Below the pieces are notes generated by a model. The model saw only the letters and a program-made list of their open reading frames with translations. It made no database searches and was not told the DNA's origin. From assembly GCA_050084985.1 (NCBI GenBank), contig JBITNC010000001.1, forward strand, positions 19,034,001 through 19,098,000: a DNA stretch of 64,000 bases. Direction: 5' to 3'. Both the position numbers and the translations under genes were made by a program. Source of the DNA: Nageia nagi (taxonomy: Eukaryota > Plantae > Pinophyta). Positions 13,601 through 26,706 of the stretch are shown here, one piece after another (the first letter of the stretch is position 1; the number at the start of each line of letters is the position of its first letter).

Positions 13601-14543
13601 AAATCAATAATGGTAGTGAGTTAGAACCCAATATGGAGATACTTGATCAATATTATACAAAAGAATAAATTAAAAAAAAAAAATTGAACTTGTCATATGA
13701 TATCAAGATTTATTCCCCAAAAATATGACTAAATTGAAGGAAATGAAAGATCAAGTGGGAGTTATTTAGCATATTTGTTTAAATATAGAATGTAAAATAA
13801 GGAAAAAAAAGTAATAATATATGAATCAATGTCAAAACCAATTTAAAACAAGCTAGTGACAACATGCTAGATACAATAATTATTTCACAAGTAGATAATA
13901 CATGCTAGATCAACCCTATTGTTGTGCAACATAAGAAAATTAATGAAGTTAGAATTTGTATAGATTTCAAAAAAAAAAAAAAGGGCATGTGAATATGATA
14001 TCTTTCCTACTTCCTTTATTTAAAAAATTCTAGAGAATTTTATAGGACAAAAGGTATACTCCTTCATTTGTTATTTGGTATTCATTTGGTACCTCAAGTT
14101 AAAATTATAAATCATCAAAGATATATTTACAACAAAATGAGGATCTACATGTACAAGATAATACCATTAAGATTAAATAATATTCCTATAGTATTCTTAA
14201 GCATTATGGTTAATGCATTTAAATAATTCATACACAAATTTCTTTAAGTTTATCTTAATGATTGGATTGTATTTTGGAATATTTAAAAATCATATTCATA
14301 CATTGAGGTTGATATAAATAATTATGAATTGCATTAAATTTAAGAAAATATCTATTTCCATATTATATGGAGTACTCTTGGATCACATTATCTATAAGGA
14401 AGGTTTGATGGTTGTTCTAATGAAAATGGAAATTTTACTCAATACCCACCACCCAAGATAGTCAAGGAGATAAAATGGTTCGTAGGATTGATAAGATATT
14501 ATAGAAAATTCATTGAGAATTATGTGACTCTTGCAAACCCTAT
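13601..14543 (+). pseudogene. Ty3/gypsy pol: reverse transcriptase domain (decayed)
   Basis: INPIVVQHKKINEVRICIDFK..ACEYDIFPTSFI, VYLNDWIVF (YLDD motif), FVGLIRYYRKFIENY. Confidence 0.9.
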
Positions 14544-17500
14544 TGATGATAGGATGAATAATATGACCTCAAAATAATGATTTCAAGCTCTCTTCAGATA
14601 AAAATGGAGACCTAGAATGTTTTATTAGAAACGAAGGCATATTTTTGAAATGTGGCCACATTTTCCAAACATAAAGCATGTTCCCTAGATATGAAGCATA
14701 TTTTCCAAACATGATCATATTTACTAAATGCAAGTGTGTTTCCCAAATGTAAGTATCTTTCCCAAATATGAGTGTGTTTCTTTAGTATTTTTTTTTATGA
14801 GTTTTTAGTGTATTTTGGTATTTTTCAAAGTCTAGTGTGACTTGTTAGGGTTGTTAACATCATGTATTTGATGGTTGATCAAAAGATTAATGTATTATTT
14901 ATTCCTATATTATTTTTTAGTGAAATCATAGAGTCTATATAATATTGAACAATGTATTGCAAGATATCAATCATGTAGTATGAGTGTGTGAGAGATGTAG
15001 CTCTATGAGAGCAATAAGATATCATAAGTGCATAATATTGTATTATATTAGAACATATACATTTATATGTTATAATTTATAGTGTGTGATTCATTTCAAT
15101 ATTAATATAATAGTGTGTGTGTGTGTGTGTGTGTGTGTGATTTAGCTCCAAAATTGTTCATTGGTTCTTCCTTGTTACTTGGGTAATGACAAGTTAAGAT
15201 CTTGGGTATATTTTTTAGCTTTGAATATATATATGTTTTATACTTTTGCTATTTTATATGAAAATTATTTAATCTCATCAAGATTATTGATATAAGATAT
15301 AGTTGAGCATTGATAATATGAATTATTATGTATGTAGTAAATTTTTTTAGATTCTAAATGAGGTATCTGAACTAATTTTTCCAATGAGTGTGGTTTTTAA
15401 GATTTTATTCTAGAGTCTATTTCTTGTAGAGACTTATTAAATCTTTATAAAAGAAGATTATTTATTTGTATTGGTATAATTACCAACACCATGTATGCAA
15501 ATTTGAAAATCCCAAAGTTTGATGGGGAAGAGTTTAATTTTTGGAACATAAAAATTAGGATATTTTTATTTTGTAAAGGGATTTGGGATATTGTTGTTGA
15601 TGGGTATTTAACACCTGAAGATTGGCGTATTTGAGGAGAAAAAAAAATGAAGAAGGAGTAGTAACACAAAAATTACTTTCTCTCATGGATATTAAAAAAG
15701 GTATAAAAAAATGTTTCTCCATTTATTGTTAGTTGTATAACAACTGCAAAAACTTGGAAAATATTACAAAATGTTTGGAATGATTTTATTTGTGAGACTT
15801 AAGAATGTATGAGAAAGGGGTATTCTTGTAGTTTTGAAAAATATTATTCTTATGAAAAAATTTATGTTGATTTTTTTCAAGAGCATTTTAATTATGATTA
15901 TGAATTATTTCTTGTGGAGGAAGATATTGTACAGAGTGTGATTGTTACTAAATTTGTTTCTACTGAAAAGAAAGAAGAAATTATGGGTGTGTATTGTTTA
16001 CAAGGCATGCACATTGTACCTAATTTTATTGATGAAGATCACTCACTTGGAGTGATAAAAATGAAGAATATAAGTTATTTTGTAAAGATGATATTTTGTT
16101 AAGAAACATGAAGGAGGATAACTCTTGCTAAAGAGTTAATGGTTGCTTCAAAAGCAAACTTCAAAATCAACACCAAATTTCCAATTGTATTGCTTCATGG
16201 GATGCACAAAAGACATCAAAGAAGGAATATGGAAATATGCTCATAAAAGCATCATTGGAGGTGATGAATTCTTGCTATTTGATTTATTTACTAATAATTT
16301 TATAAGTAGATGCTTTATGGATAATTTTAATATTGTTGTTATGAATGAGAAGGATGTAGAATATCTTACCAAGGCATCATTTGAGAAAAAAGCAAATTTG
16401 AAGATTGTATTATGAAAATAATATTGAAGAAGTGTCTTATTAGAGTGAATATAATGGTGGGTAACTTGGGTCACATGAACTCAATTGAAGACAATTATGA
16501 TTGCTTGCATGATATGTTCAAAATTACTTGGAAGAAGAAAGCTTGTACAATCATTGTAAGGAGTGATGATTTGTACAAGGAATATTATTTCCTAGTTGCA
16601 TTTATAATTAGTCATTTCATGGTTATGTTTTTTCTAATAATACATATAGAGATTGTTGAGAAATTTATATGGTATAATCATCTTTGTAAGATGATTAATC
16701 TCAGTAAATACTCCACTTTGGGAGTATGATATGAAGATGTAAATGATGATCATGTGTAAGATTGGTTATTGAGAACCAATAACTTTGGCATTATTAGAAT
16801 GTAAATAGAAGAGTTTTTTTATGAAGGGGGAGCAAAACATCAAAAGGAACTTAGTATATATTTTTCAAGAAGATGAAAATTGATGTAGGATAACCCATAT
16901 GGAGAGTGTAAGAAGTGCCAAATTTAAAACATTTTTATGTTATTAAATTTCTTAACTAAAATCTATAAGGAATGAAATAAGACATCAATTGACCAATTTA
17001 TGATGCTCTAGAACTTAAAAAATGATTCCTTTCAGAATCAAGAGGGATAATGTTAGAATATGGACTTGATTAGAATTGAAATATGACCTCGAATTAGTGA
17101 TTTCAAGCTCTCTAGCCACTAACATGAAGACTTAGAGTGTTTCATAAAAATATAGATGCATTTTTGAAACATAACTACATTTCCCAAACACATAGCACGT
17201 TTCCCAAATATGATTGTGTTTACCAAATACAAGCATGTCTCTTCAATATTTTATCTTTCATGAGCTTTTGGTATTTTTCAAAGTTTAGTGTAATTTGTTA
17301 AGGTTGTTAACTTTGTGTATTTGATGGCTAATTGTAAGATCAATGCATTATTAATTACAATATTATTTTATAGTGATCCCATAGAGTCTATATAAGATTG
17401 GATAATGTATGCAAGATCTCAATCATGTAGTTTGAATATGTGAGAGAAATGTAGTGAGAGCAATAGTATAGCATAGGTGTGTAGTATGGTATTCTATCAA

Positions 17501-17785
17501 AATACATACATTTAGATGTTATAATTTGTAGTGTGTGATTTATTTCAATATCAATATAATAGTGTGTGTGATTTAGATTCAAAATTATTTATTGGTTCTT
17601 CCTTGTTATTGGTTAATGCCAAGTTAAGTTCTTGGGTATATTATTCAGCTCTTGAATATGTGTTTTATATTTTCTTTAGTTTATATTAAATTTATTTAAT
17701 CTTATCAATATTATTGATACAAGATAGAGTTGAACATTGAAAATATGAGTTATTATGAATTTATTAAATTTGTTTAGATTCTACA
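14544..17785 (+). mobile_element. Non-autonomous Ty1/copia-derived LTR element (gag remnant, no recognisable RT) inserted between gypsy RT and RNase H
   Basis: LTRs at ~14544-15358 and 17051-17785 (3' LTR TGTTAG...CTACA). Decayed PBS aggtatctgaac at 15361-15372. PPT aagagggataa before 17051. Gag N-terminus IPKFDGEEFNFWNIKIRIFLFCKGIWDIVVDGY near 15510. The 5' boundary is approximate and the TSD is not resolved. Confidence 0.8.
15113..15139. repeat. (GT)n microsatellite inside the 5' LTR
   Basis: About 13 GT units. The matching site in the 3' LTR (~17562) has only about 4. Confidence 0.95.
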
Positions 17786-19530
17786 ACCAAAACATCAAGT
17801 GAAATTTGAATTGTTAAAGGTGAAATTATCAAAAACCCTAATCCTTATCTTTTTAGATTAGATAGAAGTATTTCATATACAGGTTGATACTAATGGAGTT
17901 ACAATAGATATAGTACTAGCTTTACTTGGTGATGGTAATATTGACCATCCCATTTTCTTCACTAGTTAAAAGATGGTATCTATTGAGAAAAAATATAATA
18001 TAACAAAATAAGAGGCACTATCCATGATCTATTCCTTAAGAAGTTTTTTGACTATCACTTGGCTTCACATTTTATTTTCTTTACTAATTACAAAGCCTTA
18101 AGATACTTATTAAAAAAACTAGTGATAAAAGGATTAATATGCCATTTGATCATATTATTCCAAGAGTACTAATTTAAGATCACTATTAAATAATATAACC
18201 TTAGTAATATTCTTGATATGATATTAAGAATAGAAAATGGGAAATCACTAAAGTTTGTCAATATTATCCCTAGAGCACATATATTTTGTATTGAAGCTAC
18301 CCCTTATGATTTGTAAAATATTACAAATTTTATGACATTCAAGAAATTTCTTGAGAGGTTAAAAATAAAAGATAATAAATTTAGTTATAAAATTAATGCT
18401 ATATAGGATCATTTCTAGAAAACTATACAAAATTGATATACATTAAGTGATTCAACATGTGCCTTTGAAACATGAGTACAAATAAATTCTTCATGAGGAT
18501 AATTAAAGAATAATGGTTTTCCATTTCAATAGGGAGTTAATGAGTAAAAAGGTTATGCAAATTGTCATATGGTGGTCTTCCCTCCATTAGGATACTCATA
18601 AGTTTGCCAAAAATTGCAATGTTTCTCAAAGGATTAGGAAACCCTCAAATGATGATGAACTCCCTTTATAGCTAATCCTATCAATTCTTCCATTTTAGAA
18701 ATATGTTATTAATTTTATTGGACCCATTTCACCCTACATGGTAAACATGTACTAAAATATCATCACACAAATGGAATATTTTATATATTAGGCATAAGTA
18801 GTAGCCACAAAATATTGCATAACACAAACTGAGAATATCATTACCATATTTGGTTGCCATAAGAAAATCATTAGAGATCAAGGGAATTATTTCATAAACA
18901 ACACAATTAAAATATTATTTGCAAAATTCATGATCCAACATAAAGGAAGCTCACCATATCACCCTCAATCAAATAAAGTAGTTTAAGTTGTAATTATTTT
19001 TTAAGAAATAACATTGACAAATATCATTAGCGTGGGATGAAAAAATGGAATGATAAGATACCAATAATAATATGGGTATATCAGACCACATATATGATAT
19101 TAATTAAGAGAATACCCTTCAAAATGATACATGGTTTGGAGGTCACACTACCTATTGAATTCTAAGTACCATATTTATATATCACTATAGAGATCAAACT
19201 TGGCAACAAAGCTTACTTTGAGACAATATTATTTGCCATTAACCAACTTAACAAGAAATGAAGATTGTAATTTACAACCAATTGTAAAAAAATAATCACC
19301 ATAAGGCTTGGAACAATCACCACATTAAGCACCAAACCTTCCAAGTTGGTGACCAAGTCATTTTGCATGATAGTCATTACAAGCACAAACTTATAAAGCT
19401 TAAATAAGATGAAAGTACCAAAGAATAAGGGATTGAAAAATTATCAACTTTATGGGACCAATATTGATGATATTACATTGAGGTATAGGGAAAATGGTGA
19501 TCTTTTTAGCCTCATATGACCTAAACCTTA
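17786..19530 (+). pseudogene. Ty3/gypsy pol: RNase H and integrase (decayed), continuing 13601-14543
   Basis: FHIQVDTNGVTIDIVLAL..DHPIFFTS..YNITK*EALSMIYSL; integrase CNVSQRIRKP, NFIGPISP, DQGNYFIN, SSPYHPQSN, TFQVGDQVILHDS. Confidence 0.9.
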
Positions 19531-20749
19531 CCCTAAGAGCTCCTTTCATTATCTTAATATTGATTTTGAAATTAGTTTTTTTAAAGTTTCTCTCTATTAT
19601 TAGAATTCGACCTAAACTTAATTTCTTACTTCCTTTCTATTTGTCATGACTAAAATTTACCTTTTTAAACCTAAAATTTGATATATTTAATAACTTAACA
19701 TCCTTGGAGGCATCTTGAAAATAATTTTATATAATAAAATAATTAATATCCATGTTTCATGACTCTACTATGCATGTTACACTATGAAAGTTATTTTTGA
19801 TATGGTCAACTTATTATTCTTAGTTTCTTTGTAGATATTATTTTTGCATTATGTATCATCATTCCTATAACATGGCTATTTTCTCTACATGATAATAACT
19901 CATGATCTATATCTAGTTGATTGTTAAGTTGATGAGTGCTCCTTTACCTCACAATTATGGTTATTATATACTATGATAATCCTAGGACTATGGAAACATG
20001 AATGATTTGGTTACATGACTAATGTTCTCTTTATCCTTCCAAACATATTTGTATATATGGTTTTCTAATGTAGTTTATATCTTCTACATACTTTTTGATA
20101 AATGCTTATTCTTCCCTTGGACATGATTTTGTGACCCTTTAAATCTAACATAAGACATTGTTGGTATGATTTTTATTAGATTCATGGCCCATCTTTTATG
20201 AACTAGGAATTATCTAGATACTTCATAATAGTTATATTTTAGCCATGTGTACATCATGTATCTTAGGATGTTTGTATACATTTAACAAATCATAACAATT
20301 ATTAGTCTCTCTTGGTGGTGGATAGAATTTATTCTTTCTCTTCATTTGGTGCATCTTGTAGAACATCTTCTACTTTTTTTATCACTTGAGATAATTCATA
20401 AAAATATTTGGAGCTAAATGTCATTCTATTTGGAACTTAACATCCAAATATGTTGAATCCACCCTTTTTGGTGCATTTCCTAGCCTATAGATATCTTATG
20501 GCTCCTCCTCTACAAATACGCATCTAGTATGGCCTTCATTCCTCATGCCCCTCTCATGCAAGGTAAATTTTAATACCCCTTATCCTAAGGTTTTTTATAG
20601 AACATAAGGTGAATCCCATTTCACCATTTAGTGATTTTCATATAAAGGTGTTTCAAAATGAATGGGAATTATATTCCAAAAAAATGTAGATTTTTTTGCC
20701 AAAATTTTTCTACAAATTTTATTCTCATGAAAATAGATAAGTTTATGTA

Positions 20750-21060
20750 ATTGAATGGTTGCAAAATGAAACTTTTTGGTTATATAATGCAACCATCCAA
20801 TATGTTATAATAGTTTGATTACATGATACAACCATTTGATTGCATGTTACATTTTTTAGTTATAAGTTGTAACTATAACCAAATGGTTGCATGATGTAAC
20901 CAAGAAGTTGTAGTTCCAACTTAGAGCTATGAAGTTACATGGTACAACAATGTGACTAGGTGATTGTATGATGTAACTGAGAATTTGTAGTTACAACTTA
21001 GAGCTAGAAAGTTACATGGTGTAGCAATGCGATTGGATGATTGCATGTTGCAATGAAATG
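20750..21060. repeat. Array 1 of the 21-bp palindromic motif GGTTGCATGATGCAACC-ATTT, including an ~80-bp tandem duplication
   Basis: TTGCATGATGTAACCA at 20887-20902; ACATGATACAACCATTTG at 20821-20838. Confidence 0.8.
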
Positions 21061-22320
21061 TATATGTAATTAATGCCACAAGTGATATAATTTATAAATA
21101 GATGTGTTTGGTAATTTGTAACTCATTTTTTCTTGAGAATCACTTTAAGACATGTTAATTTGCTCCATTTCCTAGTCACTTTAATCCATAGTACCTATTC
21201 ATTCCAAGCCCTTTAAGGATACATCATATCTTATTTTTCCTCTAGATAAAAAATTACTTTCAAAACTTTTGTTCACCCTGGTATTTTGGTGGATCTTTCA
21301 CAACTAGATGTGCTCACAGATTATATAGTTAAGTTAGGACTTTGCATACTAATTTACATATCACAATTCGATATAGAAATAAGTATTTTGTACCTATTGC
21401 TATCTAGATATGACCAGTAGAAGGGCGTATTCACCATCAAAGTTTCATCCAATACTTTGGTCTATGAGATATATCCTACAAATATCAAGTGCCTCATTGG
21501 TATCCCAAACAACAAAGGAGGCAATGCAACCATTACACACAAATCTCTATTTGGTGACATGGAAAAGAAGTACCTTAAATCCTATTATGGTGTTTATTTG
21601 GATGTGCTTGGTAAATTTCTAAAATTACATTTTTAATGATTAATTCAATTGTATTATGATTCTAAATTATTTTTTATGTACTATTTTTAAAATTATATTC
21701 TAATGGGGGATTTATACTAGGGGGGTTATGTATAACAACATCAACAATAATTATTTAAAGTCAATCATGGAGTTTTTTTCTTAAATAATTATTTTGTAGG
21801 GAAAACTCAAAGAGTTACCATAGTGGGCATGTACTTATCTTGTCCATGTCCTTAATAGTACAAAATTTGATTTTTGTAGTTTTATTTTAAAAAGAATCTT
21901 AGTGATGCCATATCAAATATAACCAATTTTATTTTTTCCATGAATTTTATTATTGGATTTTATTACAAGGATTTTTATGATTTATTAAATGCACCTACTT
22001 TGACTTGCCTTTCCCTAATAATATGGAAAATTTTGTTGATAGTGAACTAGATACAAGTTGGTTCTTCCTTTATATTTTATTATTTTAATGAAAAGTTTGA
22101 TGTATAAGTTATTAATAATTTATTATTTTCATACATATAGAACAAACCTTTAGCAAGTGCAAAATGTGAGAGGTATCACTGAAGGGGTATTAATCTCTCA
22201 AAAGAGCATCAAATCTTAATGCAAAAGTTAATGATGCACAACCATTGTATAAAACCATAGATCCAAGAAGATGAGAAATTCACTCATACCACCACTTGTA
22301 TAAATAGTTAAAACTTGTAT

Positions 22321-25300
22321 TGTATATAACTAAAAATGAATTATTATTTATTAAATAATTCATTTTATAGCATCAAATAATATTTATTGTAAAAAGGGGT
22401 AAAATGTACCCAAGGCAAAGTAATCAATGTAATGGACTATTATATGATGTAAAGAGTGTAAAATATCAATAAAGACACCATAAACAATGTAATATGTAAT
22501 GATCCAAAGAATTAAAATATTATTATAAAATAATATCAAATGAAACACAATCGATAATGGGTGAGATAAGTGGAGAGCCAGAGGGAAGGATTAGAACATC
22601 ATTTCACCCAACCAACAAAGGTGTTTCATAACACCACCTATACTAGATTCGTTACACTCTTTATCTTACTTCATGCATTTCAATTTTTACTCATGGATCT
22701 ACATATTTTAGGTTGTTAACTATGTTTGTTATGTGTGGGATGTTATCATGTTTTATGCTTGATATATAATACTCTTTATCTTGTTCCACATACTTCAATT
22801 CATGCACATGAATCTACTTAATTCACATAGCCAACATTGTTCATTTCTTATAATATCATGGATTAGTAATTCAACTACTTATAGGTCATTAATGATTAGA
22901 AGGTAGGCATGTGATAGCTCATTTTGTATGTACTCAAAAAGATCTATTCATTTATGAGGTTTGTACATCAATTATGGATCACATATGGATTGTATTACTT
23001 CAAAAATATTATATTATATATCATATTAATGAATTATTTATTTAATTCATTATTTATAGAATACATTTTGGTGAACACAACTATTTCAATTAATCTTACC
23101 CTACTAGTGAGATCTCATGAGATTTATGTGAAGCATTAACATTGTTAGCAATGTGAAAAATGGATCAAACCCTAATGCAACTAGCCAAATTCATAAGTGA
23201 TCTATAGAAGTAGATAGATGCATTGCAAAGTTCAAATAACATCCATAATTATTCCCCACCACCTGATCAAGAGGCCTCCAAATTTGAGATGTTTAATAGC
23301 CATCATCCAAAGTTTATTTTGAGAGATTTCATTAAGAAGGGTTTATTACAACCATTAGATATAAGAGTAAAACATGATAGTGTTTCAATGGGAAATTCTA
23401 ATGCTTATTGTGTTTATCATCAAAGAAGGCATCATTCTACAAATTTGTTTAAGGCTTTGGAGGTTGCAATTTTGGATCTCATTGCACAAGAAAAATATGA
23501 GATTCATTAGCATGCTTTAGATTCAAAGATTCCAAAGAAAGGAATGGAAATATGTAGAATTGAGAAATTTTTGAATGAATATGATGAGAAATCATGCATT
23601 CAATGACATGCAATATTGCTTGTATGCAAACAATGGTGTGAAAATAATAATGAAGATGATGGTTCTTTCTTTGCATCATCATTCTCATCAAATCCAATTC
23701 CTTTAGTTAAGGAAACAGTAATGGAAAATCTATTTTCATATTCCTTTATGCAATAATACATGATTAATAGTTGTATAAGTGTTGAAAAATGTTTATAAAT
23801 ATCATATTTTCCTATTTATGATGATATTGATGATGAATCATGGTATAATGATGCTATTTCACTTAAGTTTGGTTGCTTTAATTTTGATGATATATTGGAG
23901 TACATGGGGTCATTATCTGAATTTCCTAACTCAAATGAGGAAGATGAGAAAGTAAATGAGATTTTAAGTTTGAATGGATCACTAGTTCTATTACAGAAAG
24001 ATGATGAATTGGTTTATTCAATTGAAAAATTGATTGAAGTTGAAGCTACTCTTCTAACACCATAGGAAACAAGGTACACAAACAAGTTTATTTAGAGTCA
24101 TAGTAATTTTGCAAGGTCTTATATCAATATGCTTAGTTTAGAACCTTATTTTTTCATCCATTATTCAGAATGGATGGTTCATATTAATAAGCTTATTGGA
24201 GGGATAAGAATTGATATTTTATCTCCAAATATTTATATTATTTTGGATAGTATTACTTTTTCTCTCATGGATGGATATAGTCAAACTATATTTCTAATGG
24301 ATTTTGAAAAAGAAGCATATCTTTATATATTAACACATTATATGCCTTAGGGGCAGTATTATTTTAGAAAGATGATGAAAGAGGGTACTCAATTATAGAT
24401 ATAATAGCAACAATCATTCATAATGATGGTAAAATAGTGCATAAAGAATTTTCATATGCATATGATGAGGAAACACATTTTTAATTATGTGCATTACTAT
24501 TTGCATGGTGTTAGGAGCATGTAAATAGCAACAAAAAAATAGCAAAAAAAAAAAGATAAAATATAAAAAGAATAGTATAATGTTTGTATACCATGGAAAT
24601 ATAAACATTACATCATAAATGGCCATCAATACGACTAGTGAGAGTTCACTCACTTAAAATATAAATCAACAATGCAATCATAAGTAGATTGCTAACATTG
24701 ACTCATCATCAATGGATGACACAAGTCACTATGTATCCAAAAAAAAATTGTTTATGGTATATCTAACATTTTTTATAGGTATTTACATCAAAATAAGAAT
24801 AATAACTAAATCAAAATTCATGCTATAAATTGTGTATGATACTTTTCATACACTATAAGTGGCATTCACATCAACAAACCTAGAGTTGAGATTAAAGGTT
24901 CTCTTCTGTATCAAGGCATGGATGTAAGAGCATTAGACTATTTAGTATTAGAAATGAAAGAATGGCTAGATACATGGTTGAACAATGTTAAGAGGAAAAA
25001 TAATCTCTTCTATTTTGAATATTGGATGTGGGACTATAAGACTATTTTGTAGCAGATTTCCTTCCATGGAAGAAATATAACAAGGGGAAAAAAGATACAA
25101 GTGTTTAGGTTTTTTCTTGGCTACACCACTCAAGGAGCTTTCCTAGGGAAACCAAGTAAAAATGGGGTAGAAAAGGACCCTCATCATCACATGATAGTGC
25201 TAGATGAAGAGTTCAAGGATTTTCAAAAAAATCCTTCTATACTTCTTCTTTGGATATGTAATTTCATTACTTCAATCACACCTCCAAACAAGGGCAAAAT

Positions 25301-26055
25301 GTAGATTCCTAAAAATAAATTATTATTTATTAAATAATTCATTATATAGCATCAAGGAATATTTATTGTAAAAAGGGGTAAAATGTACCTTAGGTGATGT
25401 AATAAATGTAATGGACCATTATATTATGTAAAGAGTGTCGAATATCAAGAAAGACACCACAAACAATGTAATATGCAATGATCCCAAGAATCAAACAAGA
25501 TCAAAATGTTGTTATAAAATAATATCAAAGGCAAAAAATTTGACAATGTGCAAGATTAGTAGAGAGCCAAAGGGAAGGATGAGAACATGTTTTCACCTAA
25601 CCAACAAAGGTGTTTTGTAACACCACATATCCTATATTTGTTACACCCTTAGTCTTACTTCATGCATTTCAATTTCTACTCATGGATCTACATATTTTAG
25701 GTTGTTATCAAAATTAATTATGCATGGAGATGTTATTTTATTTGAAGTTTGATTTGTAATACTCTTCATATTGTTCCACATACTTAAATTCATATATGTG
25801 AATCTACTTAATTCAAATAGCCATTGGTGTTTGTTTCTTATAATTTGATGGAGTGTTAATTCTATATCCTATACCTCATTGATGATCAAAAGGTAGGCAT
25901 GTGACCACTCATTTTGCATGTACATGAAAAGATCTATTCATTTATGAGGTTTGTTCATTAGTTATAGATCACATATGGCATGTATTACTTCAAACATATT
26001 ATATTGTATATCATATTAATAAATTATTTATTTAATTCATTATTTATAGTCTACA
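22321..26055 (+). mobile_element. Non-autonomous Tat/Ogre-like Ty3/gypsy LTR element (gag remnant only)
   Basis: LTRs at 22321-23065 and 25300-26055 (TGTA...TACA). PBS-like ttttggtgaacac after the 5' LTR. PPT aaacaagggcaaaa before 25300. Gag motif YCVYHQRRHHSTNLFKALEVAILDLI in ORF 23223-23510. TSD degenerate (TGTAT/TCTAC). Confidence 0.85.
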
Positions 26056-26294
26056 TCTACTTTCACAAGTATTTAATTATAAATATGTTTTTCATTCCTA
26101 ATGACATGGCATAGTAATAATAGTAGGGTATAAAAAAATTATGTTTTGATAGGAAGGGAATCAAGGGATAGAGAATTATATACAACTATTAGTTATGGTG
26201 ATGTTGGAAATAAGGAGATACAATAAGCCAAAGCCCCCTAGAAATAACAAACATAGCTAGAAGTGGAAGATACAAATTTCTTTTTTGGTGCAAC

Positions 26295-26550
26295 ATATTA
26301 GTTTTATCATGCTACCTATCAATTACATCATCTAGTAGTATCATACAACCAATTAGTTTCATCATGAAATTGACCAATTGCATCATGCAACTAGTTAGTT
26401 ACATCATACAACCAGTTGTTTGCATGAGGCAACTAACAAGTTGCATGATTCAATTGATTAGTTGCATGATGTAACCAAATAATTGCATGATGAAATTGAT
26501 TAGTTGTATATATATTGATTGCATAATGTTAATAATCAGTTGCATTGTAA
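26295..26550. repeat. Array 2 of the 21-bp palindromic motif (intron-like region of the PMD-like gene)
   Basis: About 11 decayed units; TTGCATGATGTAACCA at 26462-26477. Unit polarity switches near 26420. Confidence 0.8.
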
Positions 26551-26706
26551 AAAAACACATATTTGAATTACTAAATTTATTGGTAATAAATTATATCTTC
26601 TTATAGTTTCTCTTACAAATTCTTCTCTTGGATCTTGAAGAAGATCACCCATGGGTCCATTGATAATCCCATCCACAAGAATATTTCATAGAAAGAGCAA
26701 AGAGAT

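Noticed and set aside
15809-16729. Three adjacent 90-105 aa ORFs as an operon-like novel gene set
   Set aside because: They lie between the LTRs of the copia derivative and are best explained as fragments of its degenerate internal region.
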